From positions 1 to 64,000 of the IMG/VR virus record IMGVR_UViG_3300023174_000130: DNA of 64,000 nt; one strand, given 5' to 3'. The notes beneath the pieces were generated by a model, which saw only the letters and a program-made list of their open reading frames with translations, was not told the origin of the DNA and ran no database searches. Positions within the stretch are counted from its first letter, which is position 1. Each line of letters begins with the position of its first letter. Made by a program: the position numbers and the translations under genes. This stretch comes from a virus. Shown in pieces: positions 1-20,626 of this stretch.

Positions 1-676
1 TGCCACCAATATTAGTCTCACGCATCTTCATCAAACCAAACGGCATCCAACTCTGAATCTCTTTTTCCTCAAAGAAAAGCTTTGCCCTACCTATTATATA
101 GGGCATATCGAAGAGTTTGATGTTCCATCCTGTAAGAATATCTATGTCTTCCTTAGCAAGGATATCGAAGATCTTCTTGATCAGTTCCTTCTCTGATGTA
201 ACCATGACAACCTTACAATCTGGCAAGGTGATTGGCTTCATGGTAAGAACATAGTTGACACCGCTGATACGAATAGTCACAAGGTTGATTCGCTCATTGG
301 GGTTGTCTAGGTCTGGGAAGCCTCCCTCAGTCTCACATTCCAAGTCTAGGTAGGCTACTTTGATCTTGGAAAGATCGTATTCCACCTCAGTCGGATAAGT
401 CTCCATGAGATATTGAGTGACGAAATCAGTGTTTCCATAAATCGGGCAATCATCTAGGTCTCTGTATTGGTCTAGGAATTGACGGCAATCATACAACGTG
501 TCAAACTTCATGCGTTTGACGTTGACGTTGTTAAGAGTCCTGTACTTGGATTGGCTATCAGATTTAATGTATAGGGATGGCTTATAAGCAATGGTGTCAG
601 TAAACCGAACACCATTGTCATAACCACGAACAAGAACCTTGTTCCCCTTCAAAGCACAGGCAGTATAAAATTTCAT
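1..676 (-). CDS. gp43: DNA polymerase, family B (5' part; runs off the window start)
   Basis: Not in the ORF track. Manual translation from the ATG at 676 gives MKFYTACALKGNKVLVRGYDNG...AYLDLECETEGGFPD (ExoI)...DILTGWNIKLFDMPYI (ExoII). The start overlaps the upstream stop (TAATG). Confidence 0.93.
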   Translation of the reverse strand, partial: MKFYTACALKGNKVLVRGYDNGVRFTDTIAYKPSLYIKSDSQSKYRTLNNVNVKRMKFDTLYDCRQFLDQYRDLDDCPIYGNTDFVTQYLMETYPTEVEYDLSKIKVAYLDLECETEGGFPDLDNPNERINLVTIRISGVNYVLTMKPITLPDCKVVMVTSEKELIKKIFDILAKEDIDILTGWNIKLFDMPYIIGRAKLFFEEKEIQSWMPFGLMKMRETNIGG

Positions 677-999
677 TAGTCTTTCTTGGGTTCTCTATCT
701 TTGAGAAGCCCTGCAAGTATAACACTGTAATTAATTAGGTCAACAATTGCATCATAAACACTCTCATTTTGCAATGAAAGTTCTCCCTTATTCAAATAAG
801 TGGAGATTCTTGACATCTTGTCAGTCATTCTGATAAGAACACCAAGTTCTGCCGTTGCAAAACCTAAATATTCCGCTCTTCGGAAATTCATGAAAGGATC
901 TGCGCCAGATGCGTAGTCATTGTTCTTTTTACGCATTAATTCAATGGCTTCCTTGCAAATTTCTTCGTGTAATTTAAATAATTGTTCTCTTGTCATCAT
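676..999 (-). CDS. DUF1599-like (nucleotide-modification-associated) helical protein
   Basis: Motif KKNNDYASGADPFMNF...IRMTDKMSRI...ESVYDAIVDLINYSVI. Start moved to ATG 999 (or 996) because a promoter -10 box lies at 1008-1013. Confidence 0.7.
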   Translation of the reverse strand: MMTREQLFKLHEEICKEAIELMRKKNNDYASGADPFMNFRRAEYLGFATAELGVLIRMTDKMSRISTYLNKGELSLQNESVYDAIVDLINYSVILAGLLKDREPKKD

Positions 1000-1007
1000 A
1001 GAATAGC

Positions 1008-1035
1008 ATTCTATCACATATTAACACCCTGTCAA
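1008..1035 (-). promoter_or_regulatory. sigma70-like early promoter for the DUF1599-gp43 unit
   Basis: TTGACA-N16-TAGAAT on the minus strand. Confidence 0.7.
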
Positions 1036-1036
1036 A

Positions 1037-1044
1037 TATAAATA
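1037..1044 (+). promoter_or_regulatory. T4-type late promoter
   Basis: Perfect TATAAATA 20 nt upstream of the lysis-like cassette, followed by a GGAG Shine-Dalgarno (SD). Confidence 0.75.
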
Positions 1045-1064
1045 TTAAGACATGGAGTTTATCA

Positions 1065-1658
1065 ATGGATTTTTCTAAAATATTTGAACTTTCAGCGTAT
1101 GGAGTAGCCGGATTAGCGGGACTCGGATACGGAATTAAAAAATTTTGGAATAAAGATAAAACAAATTACAGTTTTAATACAATCCATACAGAAATTCACG
1201 AACTACTTACAGAACTTCGTCTTGAAGGCCGCAGTATGAGATCCACCGTTTTGCAACTGCATAATGGAGAATATTTCATGGATGGAATTTCTATGTTAAA
1301 GTTTTCAATAACTCACGAATCTTCCCATAAAGGATATGTTTCACAAGTAGGAAAACTCAAAGGAACTCAATGTTCTTTATTTGTTCCTTTATTGAATAAA
1401 GTTACACAAAATAGTGCAGTCATCCATTCAGTTGAGTCTTTGCCAGCGGACAGCCATGCAAGACATTTCTTTGATGATGAAAACATTTCTCATTTTTCTT
1501 GCTTACCTTTAAAAAGCAAGGGAACAAATGTTGGATTTGTGTTGATGCAATGGCACAAAGATTTTGAACCAATACTAATTCAAGAAAAGAATTTTATGGA
1601 TATTTTTGAATCTATTCGTAATTCGATTGAACTACAACTTTCACATCAAAAGAATTGA
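1065..1658 (+). CDS. N-terminal TM plus GAF-like domain protein, candidate T4 T-type holin
   Basis: Hydrophobic N-terminus (AYGVAGLAGLGYGI), then GAF-like features (VLQLHNG...SHFSCLPLKSKGTNVGFVLMQW); late promoter upstream. Confidence 0.5.
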   Translation: MDFSKIFELSAYGVAGLAGLGYGIKKFWNKDKTNYSFNTIHTEIHELLTELRLEGRSMRSTVLQLHNGEYFMDGISMLKFSITHESSHKGYVSQVGKLKGTQCSLFVPLLNKVTQNSAVIHSVESLPADSHARHFFDDENISHFSCLPLKSKGTNVGFVLMQWHKDFEPILIQEKNFMDIFESIRNSIELQLSHQKN

Positions 1659-1665
1659 GGATTAT

Positions 1666-2097
1666 ATGTCAGAACAGTTAATATCATTGATTGGTGGAAC
1701 TGCTACTGGATTTCTTTTTAAGTATTGGGCTCAACGTGCTCAAGACCAAAAAGAATTATTTGAGCAAATGCTCAAAGCTAATACTCAAACAACTGAAAAT
1801 CAAGACAAGGCTGTTCAACGTGTACCAATTGATGTTGGCAAGAATGTTCGCCGTCTTATTGTACTTGCATGTCTCTTTGCAGTCGTTGCTGCTCCATTTG
1901 TATTGCCATTCTTTGGTATTCCCACCTTTGTAGAAATTTCACAAAAACAACCCGATTCTATCTTTGGATTGATCCCAGAAACCACTCGCAAATACTTTAT
2001 TGAAATTCCTGGATATTTCTTAGCGGAAGAAAATCGTCAAGTTCTTCTTGCCGTAGTAGGATTTTACTTTGGCACAGCAGCAGGAGGCAACAAATGA
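1666..2097 (+). CDS. 3-TM holin-like membrane protein
   Basis: GAGG SD before ATG 1666; three hydrophobic segments; ends LLAVVGFYFG as in 3TM holins. Confidence 0.55.
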   Translation: MSEQLISLIGGTATGFLFKYWAQRAQDQKELFEQMLKANTQTTENQDKAVQRVPIDVGKNVRRLIVLACLFAVVAAPFVLPFFGIPTFVEISQKQPDSIFGLIPETTRKYFIEIPGYFLAEENRQVLLAVVGFYFGTAAGGNK

Positions 2098-2360
2098 AAT
2101 ATTTCTTTCCAATAATTCTCTTTCTTGCTTCTTGCACTAGTCCTGAATTTGTCACACTAAAAACAAAGACTGGTGAACATATTCACACAGTCTCTGAAAA
2201 TGCTTTTTTCAATACTCCAGACAAAGCATCTGAATGGGCATTCTGGTATTTTCCAGTTGTCGTATTCGTAATTTGGCTGGCTTGGAAAGAATTTAAATCA
2301 ATTAAATTCTCAAAGAAGTCATCTGACTCCAGTGCTACCAAACCCACCGACTCTATCTGA
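2094..2360 (+). CDS. lipoprotein with C-terminal TM (unimolecular-spanin-like architecture)
   Basis: Lipobox IILFLAS-C, about 30 polar residues, TM WAFWYFPVVVFVIWLAW, basic tail. Confidence 0.5.
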   Translation: MKYFFPIILFLASCTSPEFVTLKTKTGEHIHTVSENAFFNTPDKASEWAFWYFPVVVFVIWLAWKEFKSIKFSKKSSDSSATKPTDSI

Positions 2361-2840
2361 CTTTAAAGTTGGGCGATACTGAATTTCAGCAAGTAGAGGC
2401 TGCTCATAGGCAACTAATTCTGCCTGTGCCACACGATCCTTATTATAAATTTTGATGGAATCCTTGCTATTGGTATTCATCATAATAAGTTTGGTTTCGT
2501 AGGTGTAATCCTCGTCTACCACTCCTTCGCAATTTGTCAGCGTAAGACCGTATTTAAGGGCCATCCCTGACCGGGGGTGTAGACGGAGGGAATATCCATC
2601 GGGCAGCTTAAAAGTCAAGCCTGTGCGAATTAGAGCCCTTTCTCCGGGCATCAGGCAGATATATGAATCTTCTTTCTCAGAGTCATAGATTGGGGATACA
2701 TCCAAACATTCCTTGCCAGAGTAAACTTTGACCTTTTCATTCTTTGGAATGTATGCAGCAAGGTCAAAACATGCTGCCATTTTGGTCTGAAAATTTGGAT
2801 CTGGAATGTATGGATTATCTTTAAAATATTCTAGAATCAT
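2319..2840 (-). CDS. dut: trimeric dUTPase
   Basis: Motifs AACFDL, PRSGMA, GVVDEDY, RVAQ, RVGGFGSTG. Confidence 0.95.
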   Translation of the reverse strand: MILEYFKDNPYIPDPNFQTKMAACFDLAAYIPKNEKVKVYSGKECLDVSPIYDSEKEDSYICLMPGERALIRTGLTFKLPDGYSLRLHPRSGMALKYGLTLTNCEGVVDEDYTYETKLIMMNTNSKDSIKIYNKDRVAQAELVAYEQPLLAEIQYRPTLKSDRVGGFGSTGVR

Positions 2841-2846
2841 ATTACT

Positions 2847-2874
2847 ATTATATCTTTAAAATATAAATTGTCAA
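2847..2874 (-). promoter_or_regulatory. sigma70-like early promoter (dut), probably leaderless
   Basis: TTGACA-N16-TATAAT; ATG 6 nt after the -10 box. Confidence 0.8.
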
Positions 2875-2893
2875 CTTATAATTAAAAATTATA

Positions 2894-5578
<2,685 letters not shown>

Positions 5579-5583
5579 TTATG

Positions 5584-7101
5584 TTAGAGTTGTACCCAAA
5601 TAAATCCTGATGCGCCTGTAATTGCAGTATATAAAATTCCAGTATCTGTATTAAACCAACGATCTCCAAGAAAATTTATAGATGGGGCCGTTGTGGCTTC
5701 TGTAAACTTTGTCGTAGAAATAGTAATATTTCCAGTCCCACCAGCAGGACTTATAGAAATTCCATTACCAGCAATTATAGAAGATACTCCAGAAGCACTC
5801 GTACCACCGGAACTACCTGCTATTGAAATATCTACATTTTTTCTTCTCTTGGTGATTGTGATATTATCACCAATAAAATTCATTGTGTTAACAGAACGAA
5901 TTATCTTGTCGCCATTTAGTGAAACGTCAACCGCACCACCACCAGCTGGCGTAGTCATTTGGCCAATGCGGTCTATGGCTTTTTGAATGTCATCATTCTT
6001 AAATTTATCAAGAATTCCAGAAACATGTTCTGAACTAAAAGACAACATTCCATCTTCTAATACTAGTGGAAATTGTGCTTCAATTACTGGAGATTGTCCA
6101 TCGCGTCCCGCAGGCCCTTCTGGTCCTACTGACCCTGCTTCGCCTCTTGGTCCAGCAGGACCTTGAGGGCCCATAGGTCCTCTATCACCTTTATCTCCTT
6201 TGTCTCCACGCGGACCTTGGGGACCAATTTCCCCTTGAGGTCCAACCGGACCCTGAACTCCCTCTTCACCGGGAATGCCTTGTTCACCTTGTGACCCCTG
6301 AATGCCTTGAGCACCTTGCGGACCAATATCTCCACGATCTCCTTGATCGCCTTTATCACCTTTTTCTCCTTGAATTCCTCTTGGACCTTGAATACCTTGA
6401 AGACCAGGATCACCCTGTTCCCCTTTATCTCCCTGGTCTCCCTTAATTCCTTGAACACCGTCATATCCACGTTCTCCGCGAGGGCCTTGTGGTCCCATCG
6501 GTCCCGGTTCACCTACAGAACCAATATCGCCTTTTTCTCCGCGAAGACCTTGAGCACCAATGACTGGTGTTGTTTGTTTTATTATTACTTTTTCTTGCAG
6601 CTGGATTACTGGTTTTTCAATAATCTTTACAGGAGCAGGAAACGACTGTGGCTTTGGTAGTTCTACTTTTTCTACAAGATTTTTGATCTGCGTGGAATTA
6701 CCAATAAACTTTATTACTTTATTTCTATCTTTGTCAATAAAGTATCTTTCGGTGATACCATTGCCAACATAGATTTTTTCATCTGCTGTAAGTGAATTTA
6801 CTTCTTTCAAAAGAACATTTTGATTCAAAGAACCAATAGATCTTTTTAATTTATAAAGTTCACCTTCTACATTTTCAAACAATAGATTTGCCTGAAACAT
6901 ATCCTTGATCTTGGATGCATTTCCTTCAAGCAAATAAGTTTCACCATATTCATCACGAATATAAAGTTCCGAGATACCCGAACCAATCTTTATCTTCTTG
7001 GCATTTGGTCTGGCTTCTGTTATATGATAAATGGCACCCATCAACAATTGTGGGTGTTGTTTTATCAGTTTAAGAGAATTTTTGTTCTTTCCAAAGAACA
7101 T
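5584..7101 (-). CDS. collagen triple-helix protein (charged G-X-Y), 505 aa
   Basis: About 50 uninterrupted G-X-Y triplets (GEKGDI, GPQGPR); C-terminal GDRWFNTDTGILY...WVQL fibre-tip motif. Confidence 0.8.
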   Translation of the reverse strand: MFFGKNKNSLKLIKQHPQLLMGAIYHITEARPNAKKIKIGSGISELYIRDEYGETYLLEGNASKIKDMFQANLLFENVEGELYKLKRSIGSLNQNVLLKEVNSLTADEKIYVGNGITERYFIDKDRNKVIKFIGNSTQIKNLVEKVELPKPQSFPAPVKIIEKPVIQLQEKVIIKQTTPVIGAQGLRGEKGDIGSVGEPGPMGPQGPRGERGYDGVQGIKGDQGDKGEQGDPGLQGIQGPRGIQGEKGDKGDQGDRGDIGPQGAQGIQGSQGEQGIPGEEGVQGPVGPQGEIGPQGPRGDKGDKGDRGPMGPQGPAGPRGEAGSVGPEGPAGRDGQSPVIEAQFPLVLEDGMLSFSSEHVSGILDKFKNDDIQKAIDRIGQMTTPAGGGAVDVSLNGDKIIRSVNTMNFIGDNITITKRRKNVDISIAGSSGGTSASGVSSIIAGNGISISPAGGTGNITISTTKFTEATTAPSINFLGDRWFNTDTGILYTAITGASGFIWVQL

Positions 7102-7110
7102 CTATTTTAT

Positions 7111-10890
<3,780 letters not shown>

Positions 10891-10893
10891 TTA

Positions 10894-16660
<5,767 letters not shown>

Positions 16661-16715
16661 TAATAGATCTCCAAATAATAATAGCCTTTATTAGAGGCTA
16701 TCATTAATTCTACTA

Positions 16716-16721
16716 TATTTA
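16716..16721 (-). promoter_or_regulatory. late promoter for the fibre operon
   Basis: CTAAATA on the minus strand, followed by a hairpin (16681-16701) and a GGAG SD. Confidence 0.6.
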
Positions 16722-16737
16722 GAACGTTAAAAAATTA

Positions 16738-17961
16738 TCAAAGTTTAACTGTAACTGCCTCAGGTTTAATATTTAAGGTAGTTTTATTGGATTCTTTGAT
16801 AATCTTTTCAGACCATTCTTTTTGCTTTTCAGCCATTTCTTTTTGAAGTTTTTGAAAATGTTCTATATAAATTTTATAGTTATTTTGAACTCGCTCACGA
16901 TGCTCTGGAGGCAAATGAGGTTCCTTTAACAATTTTTCACAAACTCCCATACCAATTTCAGGCTTACCGGCATAGAATGCAGTAGTTCCAATTTCATCAA
17001 AGATTCCCCATGTATAGTTTGCCCGATCAACGAACAAAATATCATTTTGTGGAATGGGAATAGTTAATCCTAATGATGCTATTAAAAATGCATTTCTTGG
17101 TCTATTATACTTTCTATAGATACAAGAAAGATGATAAAGTGGTTCGACTCTATTTGGAGCAGTTTCAAATGCCATCATGAATGCATCTGCAATATCTTCT
17201 ACTGGCTTACCTTGGAATTCACGACTCATTCCTACACGCATCCAAGAAAAGAATACTTCTTCGTGCCATGCGCCCAATTTAATTCTGGCCAAATATTCTT
17301 TTTCGGCTACTTCATACATTCTGGCATCAAATGCCGACTGAGCAGCATAAAATTGCTTTCTTGGTTGATTGGGATCTTTTTCCAAATAACCCTTTAAAGT
17401 ATAATAGTCTTTTGTATACTTTTCTATATCATTTGACGAAGCTCTAGATCTGCAACCTTCGGTGCGAACTTCCCATGCATAATTGCCATCAAGTTTTTGA
17501 ACATTCATTGGCTGTTCACACATTGCATATTCATGAAGTGGTTCTTCATACCACCACTTCTTTTTAGCAAGATTAAAAACTTGGGCGCGCAACCACTGGA
17601 ATTCTCCACGCTTAATATTAACCACATATCCATCTAAAGAATCATCAAATTTATCAACTGGTAAAGTGCCTTCGATGAAATCATCAGCATCAATCATCAT
17701 TGCCCATTTTGTCTTCCCCAGACAAGCTTCAAGTGCTTTGGAACGATTTGTACCAAAGTCAGACCATTCATGATCCAAGATTTCTCCCGGAATACCTTTT
17801 TCATCAAAAAACTTTCTGATGATTTCTTTTGTATTATCTGTAGAGCCTGTATCGGCAATTACATAATAATCAATAAATGGTGCGCATGAAGCCAAACATC
17901 TTTCAATATTTGGGGCTTCGTTTTTAACAATCATAGCTAAAGTCAAATTATACATAGTCAT
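16738..17961 (-). CDS. GT2 glycosyltransferase with TPR-like C-terminal repeats
   Basis: LAMIVKNEA...DTGSTDNT...MIDADD...LHE, followed by helical repeats (FYAAQS, PNRVEPLYHL). Confidence 0.9.
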   Translation of the reverse strand: MTMYNLTLAMIVKNEAPNIERCLASCAPFIDYYVIADTGSTDNTKEIIRKFFDEKGIPGEILDHEWSDFGTNRSKALEACLGKTKWAMMIDADDFIEGTLPVDKFDDSLDGYVVNIKRGEFQWLRAQVFNLAKKKWWYEEPLHEYAMCEQPMNVQKLDGNYAWEVRTEGCRSRASSNDIEKYTKDYYTLKGYLEKDPNQPRKQFYAAQSAFDARMYEVAEKEYLARIKLGAWHEEVFFSWMRVGMSREFQGKPVEDIADAFMMAFETAPNRVEPLYHLSCIYRKYNRPRNAFLIASLGLTIPIPQNDILFVDRANYTWGIFDEIGTTAFYAGKPEIGMGVCEKLLKEPHLPPEHRERVQNNYKIYIEHFQKLQKEMAEKQKEWSEKIIKESNKTTLNIKPEAVTVKL

Positions 17962-17963
17962 CC

Positions 17964-18389
17964 TTATGAATTAAAAAATTTACGTAAAGTTCCTGGATTA
18001 AATTTTGGAATTAAATTCCAATTATGTTTTTCTTCGTGTTTAATGATCTTTAATCCAGTCAAAGCCATTTTATCTTGTATCTTATCTTTATCCAAAACTT
18101 CAAGAAGTTCCCAATCTTCTAACAACTTTATAATAGCATTTCGTCTTTGAATATCTTCATTTGTGACATTCGAAGGTAGCCCATCTAAAGCAAATAATTC
18201 TTTAAAGTGGGCAACAATATATATATCATCTTTATGAATAAGATGGCAAGACTGGTACAATATATTTTTACCTTTTGGAGAAACACCCATTCGTGTTAGG
18301 GTTTCTCTGACGACCATAAAATCTTCATCGTCAAATAATTTTACATGTACACCAACACCATTAAAAATACGATTAGAAACATCAGACAT
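17964..18389 (-). CDS. regA: translational repressor RegA
   Basis: VRETLTRMGV...LYQSCHLIHK...HFKELFALDG...RRNAIIKLLEDWELL...WNLIPK. Confidence 0.95.
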   Translation of the reverse strand: MSDVSNRIFNGVGVHVKLFDDEDFMVVRETLTRMGVSPKGKNILYQSCHLIHKDDIYIVAHFKELFALDGLPSNVTNEDIQRRNAIIKLLEDWELLEVLDKDKIQDKMALTGLKIIKHEEKHNWNLIPKFNPGTLRKFFNS

Positions 18390-18399
18390 ACAAAAATCC

Positions 18400-18798
18400 T
18401 TATTTGTCGGTACCGCCAGTATATTGGGATCGTCTTAACTGATCCAGTTCTTTGGGTCCGAGAATATTTAGGACTTCTCTAGCCTTGGCTTCTGTATATC
18501 CATAAACTGTTCTAATAAGAGAAATATCAGTTTCAGTCTCTTTTTTAAGCCAAGGAGAAAACCTTTTCTTTTTGCGAATACCAAGTCTATAAAAATCAAA
18601 CTGACTCTTATTGTCTATCCATGGGGCGCAATTCATTTCATTGGCATGAAAGATGGTATCAGGAAAATACGACAAACATCGGTTTACAACAAATGGTTTA
18701 TAAAGACGGGGATCAGCATCGTCCTTGTCCAGCAGAGGCTTTTTGTCATGGTTGATGCTTCCCAGAAAGTTTTTAAGTTTTAGCTCTTCAGGCTTCAT
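18400..18798 (-). CDS. gp62: clamp loader small subunit
   Basis: YKPFVVNRCLSYFPDTIFHANEMN...RKKKRFSPW...YGYTEAKA; synteny. Confidence 0.93.
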   Translation of the reverse strand: MKPEELKLKNFLGSINHDKKPLLDKDDADPRLYKPFVVNRCLSYFPDTIFHANEMNCAPWIDNKSQFDFYRLGIRKKKRFSPWLKKETETDISLIRTVYGYTEAKAREVLNILGPKELDQLRRSQYTGGTDK

Positions 18799-19742
18799 CA
18801 GTTAAACTCACAGTCCATCATAAGTTGAACAATAAGAGCCATTGTATTAATTTCTTGATCCGCAGCAAAGCCAGACTTATATTGATATTCTGCAATAATG
18901 AGAATAGCCTGTGGCATTGAATTGGGCTTCAATGTTGTATATAGTTCTGTATACAAACGCTTATAAAAGTCCGCAGTATTGATATCCAAGTGTTGAATGA
19001 CCCACTTACGACAAGATGTAAAATCCTTGCTCTTCATGAAGCCAAGCAGTTCCTTGTATGATTCGCTACTCCCCTGAGCCAAAATGCCAACATCAATCTT
19101 TCCAGATGATGAATACCGCTGCAATTCATTAATGATTCTACGAATATCTGGAAAATGTTTCTTTACCAAATTAGAAAGAACTTGAGTGTCATATGGAATT
19201 TTTTCATTATTGAGAATGTACTCAATGCGCTTGAGAACTCCAACTGCAATCTGAGCCTTTTCAGCACTTGGAACAGTAAAATCAATTCCAGTGCACCGAG
19301 AATGCAAAGCATCAATAATCCGATTCTTATAGTTGCAAGTCATGACGAATCTGCAGTTATTTGCAAATTCCTCTATGGCTCCACGCAATGCTGGCTGAAT
19401 AGACTGTGCATTCGCATAGTCAAACTCGTCCAGAATTACTATCTTCAGTACACTGTTAAGTGAGACTGTAGAACAATAATTACGAATCTTTGTCCGAAGA
19501 GTATCAATACCATTCTCTTCTGAGCAGTTGATTATAATGCTATCGGCACTCAAATCATTCGCCAAGGCACGGGCAACCGTAGTTTTGCCCGTGCCTGCCT
19601 TTCCATATAGCATCATGTTTGGAATTGTACCTTCCTTAATCATGCCTTTAAACACAGTGGCAAGATCAATAGGAAGAATGCAATCAGACAGTGTTTTGGG
19701 GCGATACTTTTCGACCCAAAGTAGATTAGTCACATCAGACAC
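18798..19742 (-). CDS. gp44: clamp loader large subunit (AAA+)
   Basis: WVEKYRPKT, GKAGTGKTT, ILDEFD, LHSRC. Confidence 0.96.
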   Translation of the reverse strand: MSDVTNLLWVEKYRPKTLSDCILPIDLATVFKGMIKEGTIPNMMLYGKAGTGKTTVARALANDLSADSIIINCSEENGIDTLRTKIRNYCSTVSLNSVLKIVILDEFDYANAQSIQPALRGAIEEFANNCRFVMTCNYKNRIIDALHSRCTGIDFTVPSAEKAQIAVGVLKRIEYILNNEKIPYDTQVLSNLVKKHFPDIRRIINELQRYSSSGKIDVGILAQGSSESYKELLGFMKSKDFTSCRKWVIQHLDINTADFYKRLYTELYTTLKPNSMPQAILIIAEYQYKSGFAADQEINTMALIVQLMMDCEFN

Positions 19743-19744
19743 GA

Positions 19745-20416
19745 TTAACCCCGCTTGATGGCGATGTAGTAAGAAAGATCCAGACTCTTATGTGTAAACT
19801 TAGAAACAACAGTGTCAGTCAATTCAACGGTGTATGAACCAGGAATGAACTTCATTTCAGAAACATTGATAGTTCCTTCAAAATCCATACCCGTGTAGTT
19901 CTCATCAATAACAATTTCAAAGTTATTGCTAGTGCTTTGGCTGGAGTCATCAACGCTGATGACAAACTTTCCATCTTGACCAATCATACGGAGATCACTG
20001 ACCTGAAGAATACTAGATGCCTTGAGAACTTCATTTAGATCTTTTTCATCAAGATCAAACTTAGTTACTGAATTGGGCATTTTCATTTCTTTAGTCGGAA
20101 TCGTCAATAGGCTTGGTTCCGAATAATAGTAAGTAACACTAGATCGACCATTTGTAATCACGACATGAGTGTCATGAAACTCAAGATCGGGGTTGTTAAA
20201 CATGCTAACAATACCAAGAAACTTATTGAGATCCCAGATAGGAACCTCAACATCAAAGTCCTCGGTTACCTTTGCCTGCACATAAATGTTCTTACCGGGA
20301 GAAATCGTCTTTAATACGTTTCCCGCCTGAATAAGAATGTTGGAGTTAATGGCTGCAAAATTCTTTAAAATGTTATAGGTTTCTTTGCTCAGACGCATTT
20401 TTGTCACAGTATTCAT
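19745..20416 (-). CDS. gp45: sliding clamp
   Basis: MRLSKETYNILKNFAAINSNI...IWDLNKFL; synteny. Confidence 0.95.
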   Translation of the reverse strand: MNTVTKMRLSKETYNILKNFAAINSNILIQAGNVLKTISPGKNIYVQAKVTEDFDVEVPIWDLNKFLGIVSMFNNPDLEFHDTHVVITNGRSSVTYYYSEPSLLTIPTKEMKMPNSVTKFDLDEKDLNEVLKASSILQVSDLRMIGQDGKFVISVDDSSQSTSNNFEIVIDENYTGMDFEGTINVSEMKFIPGSYTVELTDTVVSKFTHKSLDLSYYIAIKRG

Positions 20417-20433
20417 ATAAATCTTTCTGTAAA

Positions 20434-20586
20434 TTAATCAAAGTCTTTACGATAAACACTATCGTTAAGTTGCTGCTTTTGTTCATGCCGATTGCCACGA
20501 ACATTTCTCTTCTGTTGTTTCTTGCTCAAGCCAGTAGGCTTATTCTTGCGACGATTTTTAAACTTTTCAAAACTCTCTTCATTCAT
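20434..20586 (-). CDS. small basic hypothetical protein (50 aa)
   Basis: MNEESFEKFKNRRKNKP...; its own promoter (TTGTAT-N16-TATAAT at 20593-20620) places the start at 20586, not 20706. Confidence 0.6.
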   Translation of the reverse strand: MNEESFEKFKNRRKNKPTGLSKKQQKRNVRGNRHEQKQQLNDSVYRKDFD

Positions 20587-20626
20587 AGTTCTATTATAAC
20601 TCCAATTTCGTATAATACAAATATAT

